The position numbers were made by a program, and so were the translations under genes. Below are positions 19,211 to 28,972 of a DNA stretch of 64,000 bases, piece after piece. The notes below the pieces were generated by a model, which did no database searches, was not told the DNA's origin, and saw nothing but the letters and a program-made list of their open reading frames with translations. Numbering within the stretch: position 1 is the first letter of the stretch; each line of letters begins with the position of its first letter. Source of the DNA: Candidatus Omnitrophota bacterium (GTDB taxonomy: Bacteria > Omnitrophota > Gorgyraeia > Tantalellales > Tantalellaceae); assembly GCA_043812935.1 (NCBI GenBank), contig JBDRLO010000059.1:929-64928 (forward strand). The letters run 5' to 3'.

Positions 19211-20272
19211 TTATTTTTGGTGGCTTGAACCAACAGTTAACCTTTTTAAATACTTCAATTCGCTTAGAACTTTACCTGTACCTAATGCAACTGCGGTTAA
19301 TGGGTCATCAGCCAAATGAACAGGTAAACTAGTCTCTTCCGATATCAACTTATCTAATCCCCGAAGAAGACATCCTCCGCCGGCAAGAATTAAACCTTTT
19401 TCTATAAGGTCGGCTGACAATTCCGGAGGCGTTCTTTCCAATGTAATCCGTACCGCCTCAACTATCTGAGCTATTGGCTCTGAAAGTGCTTCACGAACTT
19501 CTTCACTTGTAATATTTACCATTTTCGGCAAACCCGCGACAAGATCACGTCCCCTAACATCCATTGTCATTTCTTCTTCCAGAGGATATCCAGAACCTAT
19601 ACGTATCTTTATCTCTTCAGCTGTTCTTTCCCCCACCATAAGATTATAGGTGCGTTTCAAATAATTGATAATGGCATCATCCATTTCATCTCCGCCAATG
19701 CGAATAGATTTTGAGAAAACCACACCAGCTAAAGATATGACCGCCATTTCAGTCGTACCGCCGCCAATGTCAATTATCATATTTCCGGAAGGTTCCTGGA
19801 TTGGAAGCCCGACCCCGATCGAAGCCGCGACAGGTTCTTCAAGCATATACACTTCTCTTGCGCCGGCATGTAAAGCTGAATCTTTAACCGCACGTTTCTC
19901 AACTTCGGTTATCCCTGACGGAACAGCAATAACCATTCTTGGCCGCACTAACCGGCGGGAATTATGCACCTTTTTTATGAAATATCTTAGCATACTTTCC
20001 GCTATTTCAAAATCCGCAATAACACCGTCTCTCATGGGCCGAATTGCAATAATATTTCCGGGAGTTCTTCCCAACATACGTTTAGCTTCTTCACCAACTG
20101 CCAAAACCTTGGAAGTACCTGCTTCAATAGCAACAACAGAAGGTTCACACAAAACAATTCCTTCATTCTTAAGATACACTAAAGTAGAAGCCGTACCCAA
20201 ATCAATTCCCATGTCACTGGAAAAAAGGCCTAGTAGATTGTCATAATATTTTTTAAGTTTTGTTCGTATCAT
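19211..20272 (-). CDS. mreB: Actin-like rod shape protein MreB
   Basis: 353 aa. [24 protein letters not shown] and [12 protein letters not shown] actin-fold motifs. Confidence 0.95.
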   Translation of the reverse strand: MIRTKLKKYYDNLLGLFSSDMGIDLGTASTLVYLKNEGIVLCEPSVVAIEAGTSKVLAVGEEAKRMLGRTPGNIIAIRPMRDGVIADFEIAESMLRYFIKKVHNSRRLVRPRMVIAVPSGITEVEKRAVKDSALHAGAREVYMLEEPVAASIGVGLPIQEPSGNMIIDIGGGTTEMAVISLAGVVFSKSIRIGGDEMDDAIINYLKRTYNLMVGERTAEEIKIRIGSGYPLEEEMTMDVRGRDLVAGLPKMVNITSEEVREALSEPIAQIVEAVRITLERTPPELSADLIEKGLILAGGGCLLRGLDKLISEETSLPVHLADDPLTAVALGTGKVLSELKYLKRLTVGSSHQK

Positions 20273-20326
20273 ATATTTTTATATATATTACTTATTGTGG
20301 TAGGATCATTTTTTAAAGTTGATAGA

Positions 20327-20355
20327 ATAGTAACAGATAAAATTCTTTTTGTCAA
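20327..20355 (-). promoter_or_regulatory. Candidate sigma70-type promoter of mreBCD-mrdA-rodA
   Basis: Minus strand TTGACA (20355-20350), 17-nt spacer, TACTAT (20332-20327). Confidence 0.4.
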
Positions 20356-20391
20356 ATTATTTTCTTAATTATTTTCATAATTAAGTGTTAG

Positions 20392-20425
20392 AAAAGAGTT
20401 TTTAGTACATACTCAAAACTCTTTT
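20392..20425 (-). terminator. Candidate intrinsic terminator after aroA
   Basis: 11-bp perfect stem aaaagagtttt/aaaactctttt with a 12-nt loop. On the minus strand it ends in CUCUUUUCU. AT-rich stem, so only moderate support. Confidence 0.3.
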
Positions 20426-20445
20426 TCCAATATTTCTTCTTCTTT

Positions 20446-21735
20446 TTATTGTAATTTTTGAAACTGCTTCAGAAAACCCGGATAAGACGTATCTGTACAA
20501 CCGGCATTCTTTACAATACATTCTCCATCCGTAAGCAAACTTGCTATTGCCATTGTCATGGCAATCCGATGGTCTCCAAAACTGTCAAATTCAGCTGATT
20601 TTAATATCTTATAACCGCCTGTAATAATTAAATCTTCTCCTTGTTCCTCAACACTAATTCCCATGCGTTTAAAATTGCTGACAATACTTTTCACCCTGTC
20701 AGTTTCTTTCACCTTAAGCTCATTTATTCCTTTAACTACAGTTTTTCCTGATGCGAAAACTGCCGCAAGCGAAAGAATTGGAATTTCATCAATTAAAAGT
20801 GGTATTTCATGTTTCTCTATAATTGTCCCCTTTAATATGGAATAGCCTACTTTTAAATCGCCGATAGGCTCAAGCTCGTCTTTATAATTCATGATCTTAA
20901 TGTCTGCCCCCATCCTCTTCAAAACATTTATAAGGCCTGCGCGTGTAGGATTTAACCCGACATTCCTAAAAACAATTTGTGATCCCTTTATTAAAACTCC
21001 GCCCACAATAAAAAATGCCGCGCTTGATATGTCTGACGGAATCGTAAAATCTTTTGGAACAAGTTCTTTTAATCCCAAAATCCCGGTTGTCAGGCCTTTT
21101 CTTTTTATGTTCGCTGAAAAATATTCAAGCATCCTTTCCATATGATCTCTGGATTGAAAAGGTTCTGTAACTGAGGTTACCCCCTGAGCATAGAGCCCTG
21201 CAATTAGTACACATGATTTCACCTGCGCGCTTGCCATGGGCATTTTATAATTAATCGGCATTAAAGGCTTGCTTTTTCCCTCAATTTTAAGCGGAGCGTG
21301 ACTACCGCCTTCCATTGGTTTAATTATAGCGCCCATCTTTGACAAAGGTTTAATAACCCGATCCATTGGCCGACTATTTAAAGAATCATCACCGGTCAAA
21401 ATCGTACCAAAACTCTGACCGGCCAATACCCCTGATAATATTCTCATACTTGTCCCGGAATTACCTAAATACAACGTGTCTAAAGGCGCTTCTAACCCCA
21501 TAAGCCCTTTTCCGAAAACAGTAATATTTGAACCCTCTTGTTCTATTTTTATACCCATGGCTCTAAAAGATTCCAAAGTTTTTATACAATCATCACTGAA
21601 AAGAAAATTCGACACACGGCACCGGTTATTTGAAAGCGCCCCCAATATCACAGCTCTGTGTGAAATACTTTTATCCGGAGGAACTTCTATTTCTCCTTTT
21701 AACCCATTTGTGTTTTTGCTAATTTCCCAATCCAT
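20446..21735 (-). CDS. aroA: 3-phosphoshikimate 1-carboxyvinyltransferase (EPSP synthase)
   Basis: 429 aa. PPDKSISHRA, LGNSGTSMR and RPMDR motifs. Confidence 0.95.
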   Translation of the reverse strand: MDWEISKNTNGLKGEIEVPPDKSISHRAVILGALSNNRCRVSNFLFSDDCIKTLESFRAMGIKIEQEGSNITVFGKGLMGLEAPLDTLYLGNSGTSMRILSGVLAGQSFGTILTGDDSLNSRPMDRVIKPLSKMGAIIKPMEGGSHAPLKIEGKSKPLMPINYKMPMASAQVKSCVLIAGLYAQGVTSVTEPFQSRDHMERMLEYFSANIKRKGLTTGILGLKELVPKDFTIPSDISSAAFFIVGGVLIKGSQIVFRNVGLNPTRAGLINVLKRMGADIKIMNYKDELEPIGDLKVGYSILKGTIIEKHEIPLLIDEIPILSLAAVFASGKTVVKGINELKVKETDRVKSIVSNFKRMGISVEEQGEDLIITGGYKILKSAEFDSFGDHRIAMTMAIASLLTDGECIVKNAGCTDTSYPGFLKQFQKLQ

Positions 21736-21795
21736 TTTTCCTCAACTATTAAATTTTTAAATTACATTTCAGAGATATAACACGTTATCTTTTTA

Positions 21796-22710
21796 CTAGC
21801 CACTTTTAGCAGCGTTTTCAATTATTTCTTTCATATCATCCGGCATTGGTGAACTGAATTCCATATATTTTCCGGTTTCAGGATGAGAAAACCCCAGTTT
21901 TTCAGAATGTAAGGCTTGCCTTTTCGCGCTTTTATCCATGCCGTATTTGGCATCTCCTAATACGGGATGCCCCAAATACTTCATATGTACGCGGATTTGA
22001 TGGGTCCTCCCTGTTAAGAGTTCTAATCTTACCACAGTGAATTTATTATAGCGCCTTAGAACATGATAAATAGTACGCGCCTCTTTCCCCTCCAGATGTT
22101 CAACTTGCATTTTTTTTCGGTCTGTCTTATTTCTAGCTAACGGCGCTTCAATAATGCCATTATCCAATTCTAATCGGCCTTTAACAAATGCAATATAATT
22201 TTTTTTAACAGCCCGCTTTTGAAACTGTTTAGCGAGCGACCTTAATGCCTTGGAATTTTTTGCGGCGACCATAACCCCTGACGTATCTTTATCTAAACGA
22301 TGGACAATTCCCGGACGTGATTCATTACCAGTATCCGGAAGTTTACCGCAATGAAAAAGAAGAGCGTTAACCAACGTCCCATTCCTTGTCCCTGCTCCCG
22401 GATGAACAACCATACCATAAGGCTTATCAATCACAATAAGCCATTCATCTTCATAAATAATGTTTAAAGGAATATTTTCCGCCTCTAAATTTTCGTTCTG
22501 AGGCGTATCAACAATTCGGACAAAAATTTTGTCCCCTTCGCGGATAATGTAATGCGCTTTTACGTTTTTTGAGTTCACCAAAACAAATCCACTATCAATT
22601 AAAAACTTCACATATGTCCGCGAATATTCTTTGCCAAGTTTATCCGTTAGACATTTATCCAGCCGTTGGCCAGCTTCTGCCTCCTCAATTTTTATGTCAA
22701 ATTCTTCCAT
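21796..22710 (-). CDS. rluD: 23S rRNA pseudouridine synthase, RluA/RluD family
   Basis: 304 aa. N-terminal S4 domain, catalytic HRLDKDTSG, RTHQIRVH. Confidence 0.9.
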   Translation of the reverse strand: MEEFDIKIEEAEAGQRLDKCLTDKLGKEYSRTYVKFLIDSGFVLVNSKNVKAHYIIREGDKIFVRIVDTPQNENLEAENIPLNIIYEDEWLIVIDKPYGMVVHPGAGTRNGTLVNALLFHCGKLPDTGNESRPGIVHRLDKDTSGVMVAAKNSKALRSLAKQFQKRAVKKNYIAFVKGRLELDNGIIEAPLARNKTDRKKMQVEHLEGKEARTIYHVLRRYNKFTVVRLELLTGRTHQIRVHMKYLGHPVLGDAKYGMDKSAKRQALHSEKLGFSHPETGKYMEFSSPMPDDMKEIIENAAKSG

Positions 22711-22740
22711 TTCACCTCTTTAAAAACACTCGGTTTACCG

Positions 22741-23496
22741 CTAGGGGCGGGATTTCCCCGCCCAATAAATTTGTAACAGAACAAAGAGAGCCAGCCCGAT
22801 CAGAAAAGTACCCAACCCAATAACCTGGGAAAGTTTTATGCCCCAAACCAATACAAGATTGTCTCCTCTTAAAAAATCCATAAAAAAGCGAACAATGCCA
22901 TATAAAATTAAATATAAAGCAAAAATGCTACCTTGAAATAAACGATACCGCCTCAATTGCAACAATAGAAAACATATTAAAAAAAGAACCAAGCTCGAAT
23001 AAAGCTGTACCGGCATTCTGCATACATCTTCACCGGGAAACATAACCCTCCACCCGTTTTGAATAATTTTCCCATAACAACATCCATTAAAAAAACATCC
23101 TATTCGCCCGAAAGCCTGCCCCAGGACAATATACGGGACAATCAGGTCACTCATTTTCCAAAATGATATTTTTTTTACACGGCAAAAAATAATACCGGAA
23201 AAAACCGCGGCAATTAAAGCTCCCTGAAACGCAAGGCCTCCTTCGTGAAACATTAATATCCTTAAAGGAAAACGCAAATAATATTCCCAATTAATACACA
23301 CATATAAAAGACGCCCGCCAATTAATCCACTAATTAAAAGCGTTATTAGACAATCTAAAATGGTTCCTTTTGAAATTTCAGTGTATTTATTCGCACCGCG
23401 AAGCAAAAAAAACGCTGACATCAAAAACCCTATCGCTACGCACAAACCGTACGAATAAAAAGTAACAGGTCCTATTTGTAAAAAAACACGGTGCAT
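22741..23496 (-). CDS. lgt: Prolipoprotein diacylglyceryl transferase
   Basis: 251 aa polytopic protein. GRIGCFFNGCCYG motif typical of Lgt. Confidence 0.9.
   Translation of the reverse strand: MHRVFLQIGPVTFYSYGLCVAIGFLMSAFFLLRGANKYTEISKGTILDCLITLLISGLIGGRLLYVCINWEYYLRFPLRILMFHEGGLAFQGALIAAVFSGIIFCRVKKISFWKMSDLIVPYIVLGQAFGRIGCFFNGCCYGKIIQNGWRVMFPGEDVCRMPVQLYSSLVLFLICFLLLQLRRYRLFQGSIFALYLILYGIVRFFMDFLRGDNLVLVWGIKLSQVIGLGTFLIGLALFVLLQIYWAGKSRP
22744..22763. repeat. GGGGCGGG-ATTT-CCCCGCCC hairpin embedded in the last codons of lgt
   Basis: Same family as 28614-28633 and 38948-38967 but in inverted orientation. Encodes the terminal WAGKSRP plus the stop. Confidence 0.8.
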
Positions 23497-23541
23497 TAAT
23501 CTCCTGTCTTAGTCAATTACATATTTTATGCTTTAAAAAAA

Positions 23542-24018
23542 TTAATGTTCTTTTTTGAAAAGCATAGAAAAAATAAGGATTACGGCGCCGCAGGTTATAA
23601 AACTATCTGCCAGATTAAAAACAGGCCATATCCTAAAATCAATAAAATCTATTACATATCCGTACCGGATTCTATCAATAAGATTACCGCCAGCGCCTCC
23701 AAGAATAAAACAAAGCGATATTTTTTCATAAACATTTAATACCTGCTTTTTCCTAGCTAAAAAATAAATGATAAAGACAACAACACAGGCAGTAATACCG
23801 GCAAACAAATAAGGATATCTATTGAACAGGCCAAACGCTGTACCCTTGTTATGTACAAGCGTCACATAAAAAAACCTGTCAATTACGGAAATACTCGACC
23901 CTTCCGTTACCAACATTTTAACACAGGCTTTTAAAGCCTGATCCAAGAAACATATTATTAACGCGCAAATATAATAACACACTATCGTTTCGAAGATTTT
24001 TCGTTTTTTTCCTGGCAT
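23542..24018 (-). CDS. lspA: Lipoprotein signal peptidase II
   Basis: 158 aa. NKGTAFG and FNLADSFI motifs. Confidence 0.9.
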   Translation of the reverse strand: MPGKKRKIFETIVCYYICALIICFLDQALKACVKMLVTEGSSISVIDRFFYVTLVHNKGTAFGLFNRYPYLFAGITACVVVFIIYFLARKKQVLNVYEKISLCFILGGAGGNLIDRIRYGYVIDFIDFRIWPVFNLADSFITCGAVILIFSMLFKKEH

Positions 24019-24416
24019 TCAATACAATATTCCGCTTCCGGCATCGCGCTTAAGCGCTGTTTTGAAATAGATTCGCCGCAATAATCACATATACCGTATT
24101 CACCATTATCAATACGCTTTATCGCGTCATCCAAAGCATAAAGCCGTTCTCTTTCACCTTCAGCTAATTCCAAAGAAAATTCCCGGTCATAAAGATCCGT
24201 TGCCATATCAGCCATATGAAAAGAATACCCTGAAAGATCTCCTGAAGCGTCTTTGAAAGATTTATTCAAAGAATCCCCTTTAAGGCTTATCAGTTCCTCC
24301 AAAATTTTAGCCTTTTCATTAACCAATTTCTTCCTTATAGCCTGAAGCTGTTTTGCAGTAAAAGCTTTCCCTTTTCCTGCGGTCTTTTTCTTAACCATTA
24401 TTACTCCTTTCGACAA
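23982..24416 (-). CDS. DksA/TraR-family C4 zinc-finger protein
   Basis: 144 aa. CDYCGESI...CIECQ four-Cys finger after a coiled-coil. Sits between ileS and lspA like Bacillus ylyA. Confidence 0.8.
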   Translation of the reverse strand: MSKGVIMVKKKTAGKGKAFTAKQLQAIRKKLVNEKAKILEELISLKGDSLNKSFKDASGDLSGYSFHMADMATDLYDREFSLELAEGERERLYALDDAIKRIDNGEYGICDYCGESISKQRLSAMPEAEYCIECQEKNEKSSKR

Positions 24417-27204
24417 CTACGTTAAAACATCGTTGACATAAATCCGGATAATCTTTATTATCACCAACACTTTCGCTGAAATTCCAGCATCTTTGGCATT
24501 TCTCTCCAAGAGCCCTTTTTACAATAGCTTTTATATTAATAGCCCCTGGAACCATTTCCATTCCTTCTTTATCTTTCTCTGAAACAAATACTTGTGAAAC
24601 TTTAAAAATACTTGCAAATAACGCAAGATTTTCTTTTATAAAATCTTGCGTATCCTGATCTCCTGAATAAAACTCAATTGAAGCTTCGAGAGAACTTCCT
24701 ATCAAATTGTTTTCTCTTTTAAGTTCAAGTAGTTTCATAACCCCGTTTCTAAGTTCCAATATGCGTTCCCACTTGGCATCAAGCGTGCTATTCCTGCATT
24801 CTGAAAGATCTTCCGGCCAAAAGGCCATATGCACGCTTTTTTCTTTATTTTCAAGTCCTATCACACTCCAAACTTCTTCTGTGGTAAACGAAATAATCGG
24901 CGCCATGACCCTCACCAAAGTATCCAATATTCTGCTGATAATTGTCTGAACCGAACGTCTTGCCCGAGAATCTGGAGCATCAACATATAAAACGTCTTTC
25001 AATACATCAAGATAAAACGCGCTTACTTCATAAACACAAAAGTTATACACAGCCCGATAAACTTTATAAAACTCATATCTGTCATAATGCCCTGCAACTT
25101 CTTCAACTAACCCCGAAAGCCTTGATAACATCCATTTATCTATCTCCATCAAATCGTCTGTTTTTACCATAGTTTGTGAAATATCAAAATCATACAAATT
25201 ACTTAACAAAAACCTGAATGTGTTCCGTATCTTTCTATACCCATCTGCAAGCCGTTCCAGAATTTCCTGAGAAAGCTTAATATCCCCGACATAATCACTC
25301 GAAGCCACCCATAACCGCAATATATCAGCTCCGTACTTTTTCATAACCTGTGCCGGACTGATTACATTACCAATGGACTTTGACATTTTTTTGCCTTCTC
25401 CGTCAACCACAAACCCATGAGTAAGCACTTCCTTATATGGCGCTTTTCCTTTTATTCCCATGGCCGTAATAAGCGCGGACTGAAACCACCCGCGATGCTG
25501 ATCAGAACCTTCTAAATATAAATCAGCTGGAAACCCTAGCCCTTTCCTGGCCTCAAGCACAGCTTTATGGCTAACCCCTGAATCAAACCACACATCAAGA
25601 ATATCATTTTCTTTAATTAATTCGCTGCTCCCGCATTTTATACAAACCGTGTTTTCAGGGCATATTTGTTTTACGGATTTTTCAAACCACACATCCGCCC
25701 CATTCTCGCGCGTTAAATCAGCAATTTTCCTTATAATAGCTGAATTTGTAAATGTTTCACCGCACGAAGCGCACTGAAACGCAGGTATTGGTACCCCCCA
25801 ATACCTTTGCCTTGAAAGGCACCAATCAGGCCGGGTTGCAACCATCGCGCTTATCCGATCTTTTGCAGCAGAAGGTATCCATTTAACATCCTTATTTATA
25901 ACTTCATCCATCTTCTCGCGAAGATCACTATGATCAATCTTCATGAACCATTGTTTTGTTGCTCTAAATATTATAGGTTCCTTACAACGCCAGCAATGAG
26001 GATATGAATGTTTTATATCTTCCGTTTTAATTAACATATTTTCTCTGCGAAGCTTTTCTATTATATCTCTATTTGCCTCAAACACATTTTGCCCGGCGAA
26101 TTCCCCGGAATCAGCGCTGAATTTTCCCGTAGCTTCAACCGGCATAATAACCGGTAAATTATATTTTTTTCCGGTAATATAGTCATCCTGCCCATGCCCC
26201 GGAGCCGTATGTACACAACCAGTTCCTTCTTCTTTGGTAACATAATCCGCCAGTACAATTGTTGAATCACGATCAATAAAAGGATGTTTCGCGATCGGTA
26301 TTTCTTCAGCAACAACCTTACCCGGCTTTTCTTCCAAAACATGATAATCAACCACTTTAAGCTTCTCCATAATACCTTTAACCATATCTTTCGCCATAAT
26401 CCAGATTTCTTCGCCTGTTTTGACAAAAGAATACTCAAAATCAGGATGGAGAGCTACTGCCGCATTAGCTAAAAGCGTCCATGGAGTAGTAGTCCATATA
26501 ACAAAAAAAGTTTTAAATTTTTTCTGCCGGTCTATTTCAACTTGAAATTTTACATATATTGAAGGCGATATTTTATCTTCATACTCAACTTCAGCTTCAG
26601 CTAATGCTGTTTCACAGGTTTTACACCAGTTAACCGGTTTAAGATCTGTATAAATATACCCTTTCTCAAATAAATCGGCAAAAGCATACAGAATATCCGC
26701 TTCATAACCTTTCGTCAAAGTCAGATAAGGATTATCCCATTCACCAAAAATACCGAGCCTTTTAAACTCTTCAGCTTGAATCTTTACATATTTCATTGCG
26801 TAATCATAGGCTTTTTTTCTAAATTTAACCTGGTCAATATCATGTTTTGTAATCTTTAGTTCTTTAAAAAGCTGATGCTCCACCGGTAACCCATGACAAT
26901 CCCATCCCGGAACATACGGTGATGAAAAACCTTTCATTGTATAATATTTTATACAAATATCCTTAAGAATTTTATTAAGCACATGCCCCATATGAATATG
27001 GCCGTTTGCATACGGCGGCCCGTCATGAAGAACAAATCTTTTTTGAGAATTTTCCCTTTTTTTCATAATCGCAGAATAAATATCTTCACTGTTCCACAAT
27101 TTTAAAATTTCAGGTTCCCTTTGAGGAAGATTCGCTTTCATTGAAAATACCGTACGCGGCAAATTCAAAGTATCTTTATATCCTGTTTTATTATTCTGTC
27201 CCAT
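24391..27204 (-). CDS. ileS: Isoleucyl-tRNA synthetase
   Basis: 937 aa. PYANGHIHMGH (HIGH), KMSKS, C-terminal CQRCWNF...CQRC zinc finger. Confidence 0.97.
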   Translation of the reverse strand: MGQNNKTGYKDTLNLPRTVFSMKANLPQREPEILKLWNSEDIYSAIMKKRENSQKRFVLHDGPPYANGHIHMGHVLNKILKDICIKYYTMKGFSSPYVPGWDCHGLPVEHQLFKELKITKHDIDQVKFRKKAYDYAMKYVKIQAEEFKRLGIFGEWDNPYLTLTKGYEADILYAFADLFEKGYIYTDLKPVNWCKTCETALAEAEVEYEDKISPSIYVKFQVEIDRQKKFKTFFVIWTTTPWTLLANAAVALHPDFEYSFVKTGEEIWIMAKDMVKGIMEKLKVVDYHVLEEKPGKVVAEEIPIAKHPFIDRDSTIVLADYVTKEEGTGCVHTAPGHGQDDYITGKKYNLPVIMPVEATGKFSADSGEFAGQNVFEANRDIIEKLRRENMLIKTEDIKHSYPHCWRCKEPIIFRATKQWFMKIDHSDLREKMDEVINKDVKWIPSAAKDRISAMVATRPDWCLSRQRYWGVPIPAFQCASCGETFTNSAIIRKIADLTRENGADVWFEKSVKQICPENTVCIKCGSSELIKENDILDVWFDSGVSHKAVLEARKGLGFPADLYLEGSDQHRGWFQSALITAMGIKGKAPYKEVLTHGFVVDGEGKKMSKSIGNVISPAQVMKKYGADILRLWVASSDYVGDIKLSQEILERLADGYRKIRNTFRFLLSNLYDFDISQTMVKTDDLMEIDKWMLSRLSGLVEEVAGHYDRYEFYKVYRAVYNFCVYEVSAFYLDVLKDVLYVDAPDSRARRSVQTIISRILDTLVRVMAPIISFTTEEVWSVIGLENKEKSVHMAFWPEDLSECRNSTLDAKWERILELRNGVMKLLELKRENNLIGSSLEASIEFYSGDQDTQDFIKENLALFASIFKVSQVFVSEKDKEGMEMVPGAINIKAIVKRALGEKCQRCWNFSESVGDNKDYPDLCQRCFNVVVERSNNG

Positions 27205-27259
27205 AACAATCTGCTTTTATGTCCTTGATTTAAATTTCAATAATTATCAACTGTTTTTC

Positions 27260-28123
27260 TTAAATAACACCATCCAAAATAGGCTTTAGTTTCTCAAGTG
27301 TTTTTTTCGGAACTGCTTCTTTTCTAGTAACAATTGCATCACGCAGCGCGTTTTTACACATACAATTTCGAACCTCTGGTATTTTTGGAATTATGTTATG
27401 TAAGATATTTTTAGCTGTTTCAATATTTTTTTTAAGGTTTGCTATGACCATTTCCACTGAAACATTTTCAATTTCCGGACCTAGATACCATGAATCATAA
27501 TCTGTTACCATAGCAATTGTTACATAACAAATACCGGCTTCACGAGCAAGCCGAGCTTCCGGCATATTAGTCATACCGATAATATCAACTCCCCAGCTTT
27601 TATATAAATATGATTCCGCCTTTGTTGAAAAAGCCGGCCCTTCCATGTTAAGATACGTTCCCCCATCATGCATCCTTAAATTCAAATCCGCACTATTATT
27701 ATAGATGATTTCTTTTAATTCCTGACAAACGGGTTCGGCCAAAGAAACATGCGCGACCATACCTTCGCCGAAAAAAGTAGTCTGCCTGCCCTGATTTGTC
27801 CTGTCAATAAACTGATCCGCTAAAACAATATCTAAAGGGCGAATTTCTTCTTTAAGACTGCCTACAGCGGAAATCGATATAATTCTGTCCACTCCCAAAA
27901 TTTTAAAAGCATAAATATTAGCTCTGTAATTAAGCTCTGACGGAAGAATTGTGTGTTCATGGCCATGCCTTGGCAAAAACACACATTCCTGCCCGGCAAA
28001 TGTGCCAAGTACAAATTCATCTGAGGGATCCCCAAACGGAGTCTTTACTTTTTTTCTTTCCCGCGTTTCAAAGCCTTCAATTGTATAAAGCGCACTTCCG
28101 CCTATTATTCCTATTTTTCCCAT
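27260..28123 (-). CDS. mtnP: S-methyl-5'-thioadenosine phosphorylase
   Basis: 287 aa PNP/MTAP family protein (IGIIGGSALY, GMTNMPEARLAREAGICY). Confidence 0.85.
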   Translation of the reverse strand: MGKIGIIGGSALYTIEGFETRERKKVKTPFGDPSDEFVLGTFAGQECVFLPRHGHEHTILPSELNYRANIYAFKILGVDRIISISAVGSLKEEIRPLDIVLADQFIDRTNQGRQTTFFGEGMVAHVSLAEPVCQELKEIIYNNSADLNLRMHDGGTYLNMEGPAFSTKAESYLYKSWGVDIIGMTNMPEARLAREAGICYVTIAMVTDYDSWYLGPEIENVSVEMVIANLKKNIETAKNILHNIIPKIPEVRNCMCKNALRDAIVTRKEAVPKKTLEKLKPILDGVI

Positions 28124-28341
28124 TAAATCTCCACCTCCAATATTTTGTTCCTGCCGGTTAATCCGCTTATTATTGCAACATCACGTTTTTTTACCTTGTA
28201 TTTTTTTGCAACCACGGCAATTACTGCTTTATTAGCTTTGCCTTTTTCAGGTGCCGCTTTAACATGAACTTTTATAATCCCGTCTTGTTCAATAACTTCT
28301 TCGCGTGACGATTTGGGAAACACCTTTATCTTGAGTTTCAT
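28123..28341 (-). CDS. yggU: DUF167 (YggU) family protein
   Basis: MKLKIKVFPKSSREEV...VHVKAAPEKGKANKAV...SGLTGRNKILEV is typical of YggU. Start moved to ATG 28341 because the upstream part of the track ORF is the heptad repeat tract. Confidence 0.75.
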   Translation of the reverse strand: MKLKIKVFPKSSREEVIEQDGIIKVHVKAAPEKGKANKAVIAVVAKKYKVKKRDVAIISGLTGRNKILEVEI

Positions 28342-28358
28342 ATATCTTTGTATCCCTA

Positions 28359-28414
28359 TGTTTACGTTGCGCGTTACACGTGGCACTTAGTGCGTTTCAC
28401 GTACATTAATGTTA
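28359..28414. repeat. Heptad tract, 8 units (tgtttac gttgcgc gttacac gtggcac ttagtgc gtttcac gtacatt aatgtta)
   Basis: Read directly with strict 7-nt phase. Begins 18 nt upstream of the yggU ATG and abuts the REP array. Confidence 0.75.
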
Positions 28415-28604
28415 CGGACAGGCACAGGGGCCTGTCCCTACGGTTTACTTCCCGGATTTTTCAATTACGGACAGGCACAGGGGCCTGTCTCTACGGTTTT
28501 ACTTCCCGGATTTTTCAATTATGGACAGGCACGGGGGCCTGTCCCTACGGTTTTACTTTCCGGATTTTTCAATTACGGACAGGCACGGGGGCCTGTCCCT
28601 ACGG
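28415..28604 (-). repeat. Tandem array of four REP-like units (53-54-nt period)
   Basis: Each unit is hairpin cGGACAGGCacrgggGCCTGTCCctac plus conserved linker ggtttacttcccggatttttcaatta. Unit starts at 28415, 28468, 28522 and 28576. The minus strand reads GTAG followed by the palindrome. Confidence 0.9.
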
Positions 28605-28613
28605 TTTTCATTA

Positions 28614-28633
28614 GGGCGGGGAAACCCCGCCCC
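28614..28633. repeat. GGGCGGGG-AAA-CCCCGCCC hairpin followed by CTAC
   Basis: 8-bp GC stem read directly. Second hairpin family, flanking REP array 1. Confidence 0.85.
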
Positions 28634-28652
28634 TACGCCGATCCACTCGACA

Positions 28653-28688
28653 TAACCGGCTAACTGACTGACTAACCGGCTAACCGAT
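28653..28688. repeat. Octamer repeats of the taaccggc family, partly inside the yggT 3' end
   Basis: taaccggc taactgac tgac taaccggc taaccgat. Same family as 6185-6224. Confidence 0.6.
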
Positions 28689-28971
28689 ACGCAATCTGAT
28701 ATATAACATTCACAATAAAACTTTTTAAAAGGCTTAACACTAAAAAAGCAAGTATCGGAGAAAAATCCATAGCCCCCACGCGCAAAGGAAGCGCACGAAA
28801 AGGAGCCAAAATTGGATCCGTAATCTTGTAAATTATTCTCACAATCTCGTTATATGGATCCGCTCCAACCCATGAAATAATAATCCGGATAATTAAAACA
28901 AAATACAAAATGTTAAATACAAGAGACACCAAAAGACCGATACTTTTCAATAATTCCCCAAGTATAAACAT
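28672..28971 (-). CDS. yggT: YggT (YlmG) family membrane protein
   Basis: 99 aa, two TM segments. Conserved ILSWV..DPYN....I..ITDPIL.PFR pattern. Confidence 0.8.
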   Translation of the reverse strand: MFILGELLKSIGLLVSLVFNILYFVLIIRIIISWVGADPYNEIVRIIYKITDPILAPFRALPLRVGAMDFSPILAFLVLSLLKSFIVNVIYQIAYRLAG

Positions 28972-28972
28972 A

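Noticed and set aside
26061-26438. A 125-aa minus-strand ORF inside ileS, and similar internal ORFs at 42558-42827, 50740-50958, 55273-55479 and 60749-61186.
   Set aside because: These are alternative frames of well-supported long genes, with K/R/L-rich composition typical of out-of-frame translation.
27205-27259. A T-box or other leader upstream of ileS.
   Set aside because: Only 55 nt separate ileS from mtnP, which is far too short for a T-box riboswitch. No specifier or terminator structure is visible.
28415-28604. Possible CRISPR array, given regularly spaced palindromic repeats of about 27 nt.
   Set aside because: The spacers between hairpins are themselves conserved (ggtttacttcccggatttttcaatta in every unit). 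The whole 53-54-nt unit is therefore tandemly repeated. There are only 2-4 units per locus and no cas genes. The same applies to 39007-39115, 56396-56522 and 61344-61420.
28348-28663. Plus-strand ORFs with repetitive peptides (…TGTGACPYG…), here and at 38913-39173 and 56314-56505.
   Set aside because: They are translations of the REP and heptad repeat arrays. They lack ribosome-binding sites and lie antisense to the uniform gene orientation.
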